Shown here: positions 51,060-63,264 of the stretch, piece after piece
How positions within the stretch are numbered: position 1 is the first letter of the stretch
Layout of the letters: every line of letters starts with the position of its first letter
DNA from: Vicugna vicugna
Taxonomy: Eukaryota
NCBI GenBank assembly: GCA_013265495.1
Contig: MU057560.1
Coordinates: 3,410,909-3,474,908 of the forward strand
Length of the DNA stretch: 64,000 nt
Direction: 5' to 3'
Notes under the pieces: generated by a model
Seen by the model: only the letters and a program-made list of their open reading frames with translations
What the model was told of the DNA's origin: nothing
The model's database searches: none
Position numbers and translations under genes: made by a program

Positions 51060-51780
51060 AAATTATTAGGTTTGCTGAGATTTACCAGTGCCTCCTGCCT
51101 GCCTGGACTCATGTTTGGAACAGGAACACAAAGATGGTGACCCCTGCCATGTTCTCAAATGCAAGAAACAGGCTGTGAAGATGTCATCAGCAGACAGACA
51201 AAGAGAAGAAGCCTGCCTTATCTGCTACAGGCACAGGATCAGTTACAGCCACACAGAAGTCCCTGTGGTCAGTGAGGAGCAACATTAACCCAAGAAGACA
51301 ACACACGGCATGAGGTCAGTTCACAGAAGAAGGAAGTGAAATGGCTAGGGCACGAAAGGCATGTCTTCCTTGTTAGCTCACCTCACAAAGTAAGGAGTTG
51401 CTGCCTCCCAACCTGGCAGGGACATGGAGCGCCGGCCCCTCTCACAGACAAGGGAGATTCAGGTGTGTGCCCAACTCACATGGAAGCAGTGACTACATGG
51501 TGACCACCAGGCCCGCTTCTGGGACACCACCATCACAGAGTAGTGGGAGCTGGAAGACCCACGTCGGGAACTGAGAAATGAAATTGACCTCAGACCCCAG
51601 GGGGGATGTCCGGATGATCCTGTGTGCGTCCTCACAAGGGGTGTGTGCACTGAGCATCGAGACAGTGACCTGAAGGCAGAGGTCTCTCGACAAAATGTCT
51701 ATAATATTTGAGGTAGAAGAAAGCAAATGCTTGTAGAGCTATCCTCATAATGGGATCTGACTTAAGTTAGAAATAAATAC
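51060..51780 (+). mobile_element. Old LINE-1 (L1ME-like) 3' fragments
   Basis: cagttcacagaagaaggaagtgaaatggcta, cccctctcacagac and gaaagcaaatgcttgtagag resemble degenerate sense L1 3' sequence. Confidence 0.45.
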
Positions 51781-52164
51781 AGAGGGAAAATCGAGGTTAG
51801 ACGTGGCATAGATGTCGTGGACAGATGCACTGGGAAGGGCCACTCCACCCATGAACAGCATTTCCCTGAGTCTGACTGGAGGAGGGTGGGGACCAGGCAG
51901 TCTCCTTCTCCTCCCCAGTGGGGCTGGGGTCCTGGCTGGGGCTTCCAGGGCCTGGCGGGGAGTTTAGCAGACCCCGGGCCTCAACCACAGATGTGGCAGT
52001 GCCTGTCCCCCAGGCACAGCATGCAGACCTGTGACCAGACCTCTCCCCATGTCCCGGGGGCAGAGCGGCCTCCGTGCAGAAGCCCTGTGTGGGGGCACAC
52101 ACACGGACGTGTTGGGGGCTGTGGTCCAGGGCTACGCAGCAAATTCTAATTCACATCAGAACAA

Positions 52165-52295
52165 GGAGGGACATGTAACCCACCTTGGGTTTTAGGCCTC
52201 TGTTTCCTCCTCTACCAAATGGGTCCCATGGAAATGAATTCACAGACGTTGTGAGAAAACAGCTACCTCCAGCAGGCTCTTAACAAATATCACCC
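52165..52295 (+). mobile_element. MIR SINE fragment
   Basis: ggcctctgtttcctcctctaccaaatggg...tcacagacgttgtgag is the MIR core. Confidence 0.7.
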
Positions 52296-54080
52296 CTCCC
52301 TCCCTCTTCAGCTTGGGCCCGGCCCCGCCTCCCGGCTCCTGCCGCCACATGGTCGGTGCTGGAGAAGCGTGCGAGCTGGTCGGCTGGGAGGGGGCGGAGG
52401 GCGCAGAAGGGCAGTGAGACCCCGGGTGTAGAGCAGTCTTGTGACTATAGTGAACATTTAGAAGAAATTACGGTTACTTTACCGAAAAAGGGTCTCACAA
52501 AAATAGATGGAATGTTCAAAATTAGCACTGAATAACAAGAATTTGCTAATTACCAATATGAAATATTAAGTGGTCTGAAAGAACGGGTTGGAAATTGCGG
52601 AGCAGAAATCACATTAATGCCCAGAGGAGACACAGTGACAGAGCCGCTCCTTCCTGTGAACCGCTGGCTGAGGCCAGGCTGGAAGTGGTGCAGCCGGGCT
52701 TGTGCGCTGAGAGCCGAGGCGGAGCTCGGGAACGCGCAGCGCGCGGGGAAGCCAGCTGTCTGACAGGGTGACTGCACGGCTTCCCCTGCCGGACCTCTGA
52801 GAAAGTCGCCTGCTCAAAATCTCACCGGTTCAGGGAAAAGGCTCTCAATTCATCTACAAGGTGAAATAGTAGGAGCCAGAACACAAAAACTAACACGGCT
52901 CGAGAAATTAATAGAACAAAAGTTAAGACCGTCAGTGAAGGTGTGTGAACACAGGCTGGTCACAGTACAGAGCAGGACTCAACTTCCAGAAAGCAATTCA
53001 GCCGTTCTGTCGATTTGCTTAAAATGCCTGCACCCTTGACCCACAGTCCCCACTCCTGGGAACAGACCAGCAGGAAACAAGTAAATGACTGTCAGCCCAG
53101 GTTCCCCTTCCACAGGAAGACCCCACACCCTGTTAATGCCACGTGGCCGCGGCCCGCCGTGGCGGGGGGACAGGGGTGGGGGGCAGCACTCTCTCTGTAG
53201 ATAGTTTATAATAACACTCAGACCAGCAGCAGCGGCGGCTCCGTCTCCTCACTGTCCCTGGAATGCTAAGTGATGCCAGAGATACCGCGCTCCTCCCCAC
53301 AGCAGCTCTCTGCCAGTCTGAGCTCTGAATAATTGCTGAGGTTCCTACTGGGTTTTAATAATATATGCAAACTTCGCATTAGCATAGTTTACTGTGCAGT
53401 CTTTCATAAAACTGTATTCCACGAGCCCACTGAATCCGAGAACTTACAGCCACACGCATGCTTGTGGTGCTCGGCACACGGCTCTCCCGTCACAGCGAGT
53501 TCGTGAAGACCCCTTCTGGGGGCAACTTAGCCCTGCTGCTAGACAGTCGATTCAGAAAGAACACAGCAACCGTCATTATTACACAAAACGAGACAGAACT
53601 TGAGGCCATGAGACTCCTCACTTGGAGTTTTCGTGTTTAAAATTTTAAATGGTGGGGAAAAACAAAATTAAAAATGATGAAATAGTGTGAAGTTTGAGGC
53701 ATGATGTTTTGGTTTGGGAATTGCAAATTTCAGTCATGCACTGAAACTCTTTCTGAATTTGAACAGTATCTTCAGAACTGACTTCATCCTTTTACAAGCA
53801 TTAGTTGCTGCTTCAGAACCAAAGAACAATTCAGGAAAAAACTGTTATCAGTGATTACTGCCTGAGCACTGAAGCACAGGAGAAAGGGGTGCGGCCAGTG
53901 GTCCTGTTGTGCCGGACAGGGAGGGGCCGGCACGTGGCCGAGAGGGTGGGGAGGGCGTGGGAGCAGCAGTGTGGCCCTGAGGGACCTCGAGAGGAGAGGA
54001 GGGAGGGGCGGCAACCGGTCAAGGACCAGCCTCTGCTGCTGAGACGAGGAATGAAGTCAGGAGGGTGTGGCTGCGGAGCC

Positions 54081-54180
54081 ACACACATGCACACATTCAC
54101 GTGTATGCACATGTGCGCACACACATGCAGGAACATGTGCACACACGTACACATGCGTGCACCCACGTGTGCACACAACA
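54081..54180. repeat. Degenerate CA/TG alternating purine-pyrimidine tract
   Basis: acacacatgcacacattcacgtgtatgcacatgtgcgcacacacatgc...gcacccacgtgtgcacac, read directly. A similar tract lies at 18679-18735. Confidence 0.85.
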
Positions 54181-55034
54181 CAAACTACGATGGCTTTCAG
54201 TGTACATGCTACCTTAAAGTAAAATTTGATTGTAGGCATCTCACTAGGAAGCTCTGAAGGATTCATTGTAAAATTGTCTATGAGGCAACGAAATGGTAAA
54301 AAAAAAACATTCAAGGGTTTCAGAAGTTGTCTCCAAACTCTTTCCAGCGAGTTCACGTCAGCTGGTACTTCTACCCCCGACAGGCAGAGGAGCCGCACAC
54401 GGGGTGCTGTCACTTACGGAACAGCGGACGGGAACGCCGGGGTTGCACTGACGCCGAGCGCTCTGTCGCTCTCTCCGTGTGTGTCTGTGCAATCGCTGGT
54501 GCGTCAGCCCCGGGGCGGGAGAACAGCCCTGCCTGGTACGTGTCTCCACCTTGGTCACATCTGCAAAGACACTGCTTCCAAATGAGGCCACGACAAACAT
54601 TCGGGGCCCCGCCCTCTGTCTTCCTCTTTCCTCTCACGCTGGACTGTAAACAGCGAGAAGAAACCAGCCTGCACTGTCTGTTTGGAAATCTCAGCTGAAA
54701 ACCCAAGCTCACCACTTACAAGTTCACGTTCCCCCAGCAGTGGACACGGTTCAGCCGAGGTCTCTGGCTCCTCATAGCGGGACGGCTCTCCTCTGGGTCC
54801 AGAGACACGGCCTCGGGTCCAGACCTCCCAGCAGCGCCCCCCCAGCGCGGCGATGCGTGTGGGCCCCGGGACAGCGCGCGTCCTCCTCCGCGCCGAGCCC
54901 CCACGAGCCCCTGCGGCCCGTGCGTCAACCACAGCCTCTTCAGGGCGTCCTGGCGTCTCTGTCGTCAGACTCAGCTCTGCCGGCCGTGCCTGATGCCCCA
55001 GTCAAAGTCTCTTCCACGTTCCCCTGTGTTTTGT

Positions 55035-55432
55035 CTTTTAATTTTTGTTTATTCTGGATTTTTTAACTGAAGTACAGTCAGTTTGCAATGCTATGCTAAT
55101 TTCTGGTGCACCGCATCATGTTTCAGGCACACATGTGCACACACGTGTTTGTTCTCATACCTTTTTCACTGCAGGCCATTACGAGGTATTGAGCGGAGTT
55201 TCCTGTGCTGCTCAGCAGGGCCTCGGTGTTCAGCTAGTTTATGTATAGTAGTCAGTATCTGTAAATCTTGAGCTCCTGGTTTATTCCTGCCCGCCCCCAG
55301 CCCCCTGGTAACCGTCGGTTTGTTCTCTGTGTCCGTGAGTCTGTTTCTGTTTTGTAAATACGTTCATTGGTGTCTTTCTGTTTTTAGACTCCACACGTAA
55401 GTGATACCGTCTGGCATTTTCTTTCTCTTTCC
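55035..55432 (-). mobile_element. Artiodactyl/camelid LINE-1 3' UTR
   Basis: A T-rich tail then actgaagtacagtcagtttgcaatg...aatttctggtg, ccctggtaacc...tttgttctctgtgtccgtgagtctgtttctgttttgtaaata and tttagactccacacgtaagtgatac. Confidence 0.9.
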
Positions 55433-55477
55433 TCCCATGTCTGTGACAGCAGCGCCCACTTCCCACGACCAGATTCT

Positions 55478-55725
55478 CCAGTAATTTGCTGGGGCCGCCA
55501 TAAGAGTCCCACGGGCTCGGGGGCTTAAAACAGGAGAATTCGTTTTCTCACCTCCTGGAGGCTGGAGATCTGAGAGCAGGGTCCTCCCTGAGGTCTGGAG
55601 GGGACCGGTGCTGCCGCTCCCCACTTCTGGCGTCCTCGGCCCTCCGCTGCTCCGCCACCGGCCTCCGCGGCCGCGTCCTCTTCTTACAAGGATGCTGGTT
55701 GTGTTGGACCAGACGCCCCCGAGGG
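55478..55725 (-). mobile_element. MLT1(B/C)-like MaLR LTR fragment
   Basis: ggggccgccataagagtcccac...ggcttaaaacaggagaattcgttttctcacctcctggaggctggag and ctcttcttacaagga...gttgga. Confidence 0.8.
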
Positions 55726-58069
55726 CCTCGCTTCTCTGGATCGCACGCACACACCCCGGTTGAGTTTCCACTTGTTTCTTTGGGGGATAAAATTCATCTC
55801 AACAATTAGGAAGAGGTCTTGTTAATCAGAAAGCCTCCAGCTGTGAGCACAAGGAAGGCTTTCTGAAAGTGGCATCAACTCATTATCGGCATGAAAACCC
55901 AGAAGTGATGTATTGGTAGGGCTGGTGGCCTCACCCCCTCCATCAGGGCTCCGGGGTCTGCCCTCTTCTGCCCCTGCATCAGCCCGTCCACTCCTCCCAC
56001 ATCCGGGCCACACGCCCCAGTACCATCGTCCAGAGGCAGAGAAGTGCCGCCCTTTGTCAGGAAGATGAACGTGGGGCCCCCGGGGACCCCTCACGTCAGC
56101 CGAGGGCTGAGCTGACTGAGGGGGACACCCAGGCTCTGTTCCGTCCTCCCCTGGCCCACTCCCCTCTGTGGAATGGGACCAGGCATCACAGCACAGGTGT
56201 GGGGACCATGTCCGGCATCACGGCGCCCCCACCACCGAGCCAACTCCCCTGCCATAGGCTGGGCCCCGAGGTGGGGCCTGGGGCTGGGGGCCTCACTGGC
56301 ATGGGCTGAGACAACCACATGCCAAGACACGGCCACTGATTGCAGGGACAGCCTGACCTGCAGGGTAGGGGCCCCGAGCCGGCAAGGCCACACATGCAGG
56401 GCTCTCTGAGCAGGGGTGGGGGCCTGATCTGGGGCCACATCTGGTGCTGGCAACAGCGTCTGCCACCAAAACCTGCCCTTTATTCTGCCTGAAAAAGCGT
56501 GTATGCTACAGAATTTTCAGTTAGTCAAGTTTATTGACCTTTCCTGTCAGATTACTTCAAGTGTTACCGTGTTTATAAAAATTGTCATGTATTTTTAGAT
56601 TTTAAATGGTTTCTACTTTCTACTTGACACGTCCATCCTCCTGAATTTCCTGGGAATAATTCCAGCTTCAAGGAGCAGAAACTCAACTTACATACAAATA
56701 TGTGAGATGTAGAGGGGCCTTCTTCCAGCGCTGCGGCTTCCACAACCGTCTGTGGGGTCACCCGCCACCGCCCGCACCCTGGGCCCCGGCTCGGAGCTGA
56801 GCCGTAGGACCTGCACCCTCGGGTAGGGACAGGGCAGCCCCTGACTTCTGCCCCAGGTTTGGAGACTCTGAGAACGAAACGGCCGCCGCTGCTTGTCGAG
56901 GGTCGGAGCCTGTGGAGCAGCGACAACTCTGGGCAGGGGGACCCTCACTCACCGAGAATCCTGCTAAGTGCCCAGCAGCTTCCCCGACAAGCCGAGCTTC
57001 CCGTGTAGTAAGTGCTATTTCTGTTTCCTTGGGATTTCTAGTAGCACGCTGGGAGGGGCCAGTCCTGGGTTGTGGGGGGCCCTCGCCTCGAGTCTTTCCG
57101 TCCCTCGTGCTGAGCTCGGTCACCTGTGCCTGCCTCACCAGGCACCCGGCCCCTTGGACAGCACAGTCTTTCTGTACGTGAAGCTCGTGGCCAGAGAAAG
57201 GACCGCGACCGGGTTCCCCTGCCTCCTCTCCCCCTAAGGAAAGGGCAGAAAGCGCAGCAGCCAAAACCAAAGCGCATGGACGCTCTTGAGTTCCGTTTTC
57301 CAGAACCCATCACTCCTGCAGCTCATTCAGGACATTAGGTAAATAAACCATGGACCATCCTACACAAAAAATGGGATCCACTCTGAAACAAAGGGTTCCG
57401 TTTCCACAGGCACGGACTGGTCATTGCTGCGACCTGCCTCCATGTTGAAAATAAAAGCTGGGGGAGCAGAGTCCCTCTGCGGCCCCCGTCGTCGCAGCTC
57501 CAGGTCCCCATTTACCTCGCAGGGCGCCTGTCCCGGGGCTGCCTCCGACAGACGCCGCGGTCCACGGCTGACAGTCCGATTTGCAGCCTTTTCCATTGTG
57601 ATGTCCTGCTCCTTTACTTCAGAGTTGTTTTCTTTTCACTGATTCGGGGGTGTTCGCTTTAGCATGCCTCCCTGGACATGCGACCTTGCTGGGCTGTGCG
57701 CCGGGCGGCCGGGGGCACACGCGTGGCAGACCCGCCAGCGACGGTCCGGCCCGTGAGCCTGGTGTTCCCACCCTCGCCAGCGCTGGATGTGTTGCTCTCT
57801 ATGGTGTTTATTGAACAGGATTAAGCATCAGATGAATCTCTGGGTCACAATTAGGAGACTTTACCGCCAGGAGGACCACGTGTCTGTAGCCTGGACTGTG
57901 TCCTTCCACCATGCAGCCCACGCACACCCTCCGGGTAGGTCAGAGGGAAGGCCCGTCAGTGCCTGAAACTGGAGCTGGGCCACAGTTTCTGCCGGACCTG
58001 GTAGAGAGCAGCCCCAGCCGCCCGTGGCTGGGGCCTGGGGGGCCTTGGGGGAGGGGGGAGGGGCCGCAG

Positions 58070-58125
58070 NNNNNNNNNNNNNNNNNNNNNNNNNNNNNNN
58101 NNNNNNNNNNNNNNNNNNNNNNNNN
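58070..58125. other. Assembly gap (56 N)
   Basis: Run of n characters. Confidence 1.
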
Positions 58126-61100
58126 TTGAACGAGACAGGAAGCTGCGGGGCAGTGGGGCTGCCCCAGGCCAGACTGGGCCCGGGCCGCGGCAGGCTGTCC
58201 TCAGTGGTGGCCGAGCCTCACGGAGGACGGACCTCCCCCTGCTGAGTTCTTCTACAATAATCAGGAAAAAGTCCCTTTTAACATCGTCTTTCGGGCCTCA
58301 GGCATGATGATTTAGCTGAAAAATACCTGTTGCTTGTCCTCCTTGGTTTTCCCTCTCACTCGGAGCCCGTGTGAGGTGAGTCCATATGGACGAGGCGGAG
58401 GGTGGGCTCCCCAAAGTCCCCCCTGCGTGACCCCCTGTGCCCCATTCGTGCACCTGTATGCCCCCTCCTGCCCTGACATGTGTCTCAGCTTCTGTTCCAC
58501 GGGGAGCAGGTGCTTCCTCATAGGATTTGCAAGCATCATCCCAAGTCAGCACGGGGGAGAGATGGGACGACACTGTCTCACTGAAGGGACCACATCCCAG
58601 GGCCACTCACCACGGTGCGACATCTTATCTGCTGAAAAATCCTCGTAAGGTTATTGAGGGAACGCCGACATCTGATCTGGGTCTACCTGCACCTGCGCCT
58701 GCATGTGTGTCTGCACGTCCGTCCGTTCCGTGTCTGCACCCACACCCCACTCCCCTCGCCTGGACCGCGGTCACACCTGCCGTCTCTGTGTCTGCATCCT
58801 ACCTGCAGAGGGTCCACCATGTCTGCAGGACGTACACCTACACTTTCTAGACGTGCTCCTTCCTTTGTAAACTGAAGTGTGGTATCAGACGACCGCTGAA
58901 GAAACTTTCAGGGTTACAGTTTTGTTTGAACAATATCCTTTGGTCTGTGAGTTCTTCCACTTCTGAGCCCAGAGAGCCTGGGAGAATGATGGCCCAAAGC
59001 CAGCACTCACCATGTAGTTTCAAATTTATTAAATAAAGCCTGAACGAGCACACGAACAAACCTTTACCATTTCGAATTAGATGAAAAGTCGGTGAGATTA
59101 AAGCAACGTGCCTTGTTCAGAGATAAGACTCGCTCTCTGAGCTTCATCCCCCACTTCTGGGTGGACCCAACTCCAAAAGCCATTTAAGCCACATCTGCTG
59201 CCTGCCACGTGCAGGGACGCCTCCAGGCGAGAGCTTTTCGTTTTCTTTGGTTTTGTGATTTTTGTTTCACATTGAACTGAGCAATTCTGTTTCAGGAGGT
59301 TGATTCTCCAACACGTTACAGCTCAGAGAAGGGACACATCTGGAGTATGATCTTATCGTGGATCTGGGTGCACGGCTTGAAAGCTGTCTGTGAGCGCTGC
59401 ACTTCGGGTCCTTTACCTTCGAGTTATGCAGTATTTTCAGATTCAAAAGCAGTTTGTGAGTCACGGGTCAGGGTTTGCCTCAGTCTCAAAAGGAGACATT
59501 CAAGTTTCCCACGAACTCTGGGACACTGTGTTTGCTGGTTTTCTGCTTTAATAGAGAGCAGTTGTGTTTCAGTAGGAGTCTGACATCCGGATGGAAATAC
59601 AAGACCAGAACACAGGCACGTGTGCTGGTTTCAGGTCCCTTCCCAGAGCCGCAGGGAGTCCCTGAAGTGTCCCCAGACCACTCACGTCAGTTTTCGCAAG
59701 GGCTTAGAGGCATTCATAAGAACTGGGAGTTTAAATGCAAGACTTTGGTGGATTCTCTAGGGATTCCCCCTCATTTCGGTTAATCAGCCTTGGTTTCCTC
59801 CAGTGCCAGGCAAAGCCTCCGGAGTTCTCTTTGTGGATTTGTTTCTTCCTCTGGAATCCAGTTCCACTGTCGTGGTCTAAAGCCTTTATTCCGGGGTCTC
59901 GATTCACAGACATTCTGGTAGCTTGCTTTCTGCTCTTCTGCCGGTGACGCCAGCAGCATCCTGGTGCGTGAGTCGCCTCACGGCTCCGGCTCCCTGGGAC
60001 CTAGCGTGGCCGGTCTCGAAGTCTCAAGGCTCCAGACGTGTGCGCCTTCGTTCATTTTTGACTAAACACGCTGTTTGTTGCGGGCGCCTGGAAGAACAAC
60101 GTGTCCTTGTTTCCCTCCCACGGGAGGAGGCGGGTGTTCCAGAAGAGACGGGCTCACGCCTGCTCCCGGCAGCCCGGGCAGAACCAGGAACAGAGGAGGA
60201 CGGGCTACACCTGCCGGTCAGGCCCCAGTGAGGGACACCCCAGTCCCGCGCAGGGTCCGAGTCCACGAGCAGAGGGGCTCTCGGTGTGACCAGTGCACGC
60301 CGAGGCCCCGTCCGTTCCGTCGCATCTGGACCACGTGCAGTAAACCCCTGAGGTGCAGTCCTCCGAGATGGGGTCTCCCTGCAGCGGAAGAGCTAGTCTG
60401 ATTTGGAAACATCAATCACAGGCGTGCATTTCTTGCAGAGCAAGTTCATGGTATAAAATTCTAAAAAACAACTAGGACTGTTAACACTAAGCTGAGCATC
60501 TGGGTGAGAGAGAAGGCCTGCTCTGCGAGCACTATTCATTCTGTCTGTCCTTTTCCTGTAAAACCTGCTAAGAGACTTGTATCTTTTAAGCCATCCCGGC
60601 CTCTGGGACGGACCCCGGATCTGTCCGCTTGCTGACCGCGCTCCGGTTCCCTCCTTGCTCCCCGGTCCCCTGCGGTGCCCGCTGCTCATGCCCCCCCGCC
60701 CCGACCAGGACACACTCCTCTCCACACCAGGAACATTCGCACATTCATTCAACGAAATACACTGTATGAAGAAGAGAGGAACACAAGAGTGTGAGACTTA
60801 GTGCCGGCTGCCTCCGAAGGCTGTCACAGCTGAGACCAGAGAGCAAAGTGACAGTGACAATGCCAAGCAAACAAGTAAACCTGCAGGAAGGAACGGACCT
60901 GGGGTCACAGGTGGGGCTGTGAGACGTTGGCAGGGAGTCGACGCCAGGCTGCGTCTCAGGGGGTCACGGGGTGGACAGCGCTCCAGGCAGGTGGACAGAG
61001 TTTGGAAGATGTTGACGTGAAGACTCAGGGCGTGCGTGGAGAATGAAGAAGCCGTGTGCAGAGCACATGTGGAACGAGAGGATATCGTAGGACAAGCCTT

Positions 61101-62084
61101 CTCCTGCAGACAGTGGGTGCTGTGAAGAGACGGGCGTCCAGCTCACAGCCTAGAAAAGCTCGTGAGCAGCAGGCGGCCAGGAAGGGAAGGTCCTGGGTGC
61201 CTTGGGACCAGTGTGTTTCCGTGGGGACAGGAGCTCCGGGGATGAGGGGACGCGGGGAGAGTAACACGGGACGTGCATCCGCAGGTTGGGGAGTGACGCG
61301 CCGTCTGGACAGACTTGGGAACTGGCCGCACGGACTGAGTCCCAGCACCAGGAACCCCTCCCGGAGTCTCCTCCTGCCCCGGGAAACCCGGAAAACTCCG
61401 CATAGACCCGTGGCCACACAGCTCAGCGCGGTGCCCTGGGACCCGGCACCAGGACGAGGGTCTGCCTGCTTCTGTGGGCTTCTCGAAGGTGGGCAGCTTG
61501 TAAGACGTGGAGGGAAATCTGGGGAAGAAAATGAGAACTATGTGGGCTCAGCCTGCCCGCCTGGAGTGCTCTGGTCCCATGGGCGGCTGCTGTGGGTGCG
61601 GCCAGTGCCCCGCCCATCTGGGGACAGAACAGTGTCCTCAGTGTCAAGACTCACGGCCTCCCCCTGCCCCCAGGACACCTGCTCCCAGCGTCTTCCTCTC
61701 AGACCGGCTTCTGCTGCTCCGTGAACGTCCAGAAGACAGAGGCCGTGGCTGTCACGTGCGCTAGCCCGACGTTCCAGACTCGGCAGGGACCAAGACCACT
61801 CTGGTCCCGGGAGTGTGAGCCGAGGACGCGCGGCGCAGTGTGGTCCCAGGAGGGCAGGCTGTTCCGAGCGACGCGGACCTGCTGCCCTGGAACACGCCAG
61901 GTCTGCCTCTTTTCTGTTACGTCCTTGAGGTTTTCCAAATAGGAAGACGTTGGTGAGATAAGCAATCTATGTGTGTCTGCCCTTCTCAGTTCAGAGATTC
62001 CACTTACGAGGCAGAGCAGAGGGAGGGAAGTGCCCCCGAGCCTCCCAGCCCCCTTCCGGATGGTCTGACGCACGTTCTTCCTCC

Positions 62085-62205
62085 TCACTAAGAGGTGGGC
62101 GTTTCAGTCCTGCTTTACAAACGTGAGGCCTGAAATCCGTGAGGTGAGCCAGCTGCTCAAGGCCAAAGGGCTGGAGAGCCGCGAGGGGCACTCACACCCC
62201 CAGCT
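62085..62205 (-). mobile_element. MIR SINE fragment
   Basis: cctgctttacaaacgtgaggcctgaaatccgtgaggtgagccagctgctcaaggcca resembles antisense MIR core. A similar fragment lies at ~59065-59190. Confidence 0.55.
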
Positions 62206-63264
62206 CCCAAACGGGCTTGGCCCCTGCGCAGTGTCGGGGGCGGGGTGTCGTGCTGGGCTCTGTCCGCGATGCAGGCGCCTGCGGGGTGAAACCGTCTGGA
62301 CAAAGTGCCCACGTGTGAGGGGCCGCTAAAAGCCAGGCCTTCGGCGCGCACGCCTGCACCTTGTACAGGGGCCGCCCGGCTCTCGCGGCTGGTCGGGGTC
62401 CCAGCACCGCCGGCTTCTCCTTCCCAGAAGGAGGAAAGGGAAACACCCGTCACCTGAGGTGTGGGTGAAACCGAGTGTGAAGCACTTCAGGCGACAGGGA
62501 CGCCTCCAGCCTGCACCTCCGAGGAGAGTCCCACGAGCCACCGTCTGGGTGTCAGCAACTGAGAACAATCACTCTTTTTCAGCAGAACTGTTGTTTAGAA
62601 CACACAGATGTTGACATTCCATTATTTCTAGAGTCACACCGTCTTCAGAGGACGTTGCTGGCCGAGGCCTCTCCTGGCTGGTTCTTCACTCCTGGGCACT
62701 GCCGGCTGGCCAGCTGTGCCCAAGCCCAGGACGAGCAGAGCTCACAGGCTGTGGAGGAAGCAGCGGAGTGAGGTGATGCAACATGCAACTCTGGGAGCTG
62801 AATTCAGGGGACACGAGAACTCACTCCACTGGGCGGCGAGAAGCAGCTTTCCAGATGGGGCAGCCCTGGGGCCAGACCTTCGGGATGGGCAAGAGCCTGC
62901 AAGAGAGGACAGGACCTCCAGGCGTCAGAGAAGCACCGCGGATGGAAAGCGCACAGGACGGCAGGCGATCCTGACCACAGACCAGGGCACAGGACCCCCC
63001 AGAAGGCAGGCTCCAGACCACAGCACATCTACCGTTCATGGTCTGTGAAACATCAAATCAATCATTTGGAAAAATAATCAGAAAGCTACCCTGCTGAACA
63101 GCTTCCACATCCCGACACATCAGGAGCCACAGCTGCATAAAATGAAGGTAAAGACCCAGCTCTGCTCTGGCTCTGAGCCCACAGGTCACCTGGGGCCACT
63201 GGCCCAGAAGCCCTGCCCACGGATCCATGAGCAGGTCACCCCAGAGCCATCCTGTTGTGTTTTT

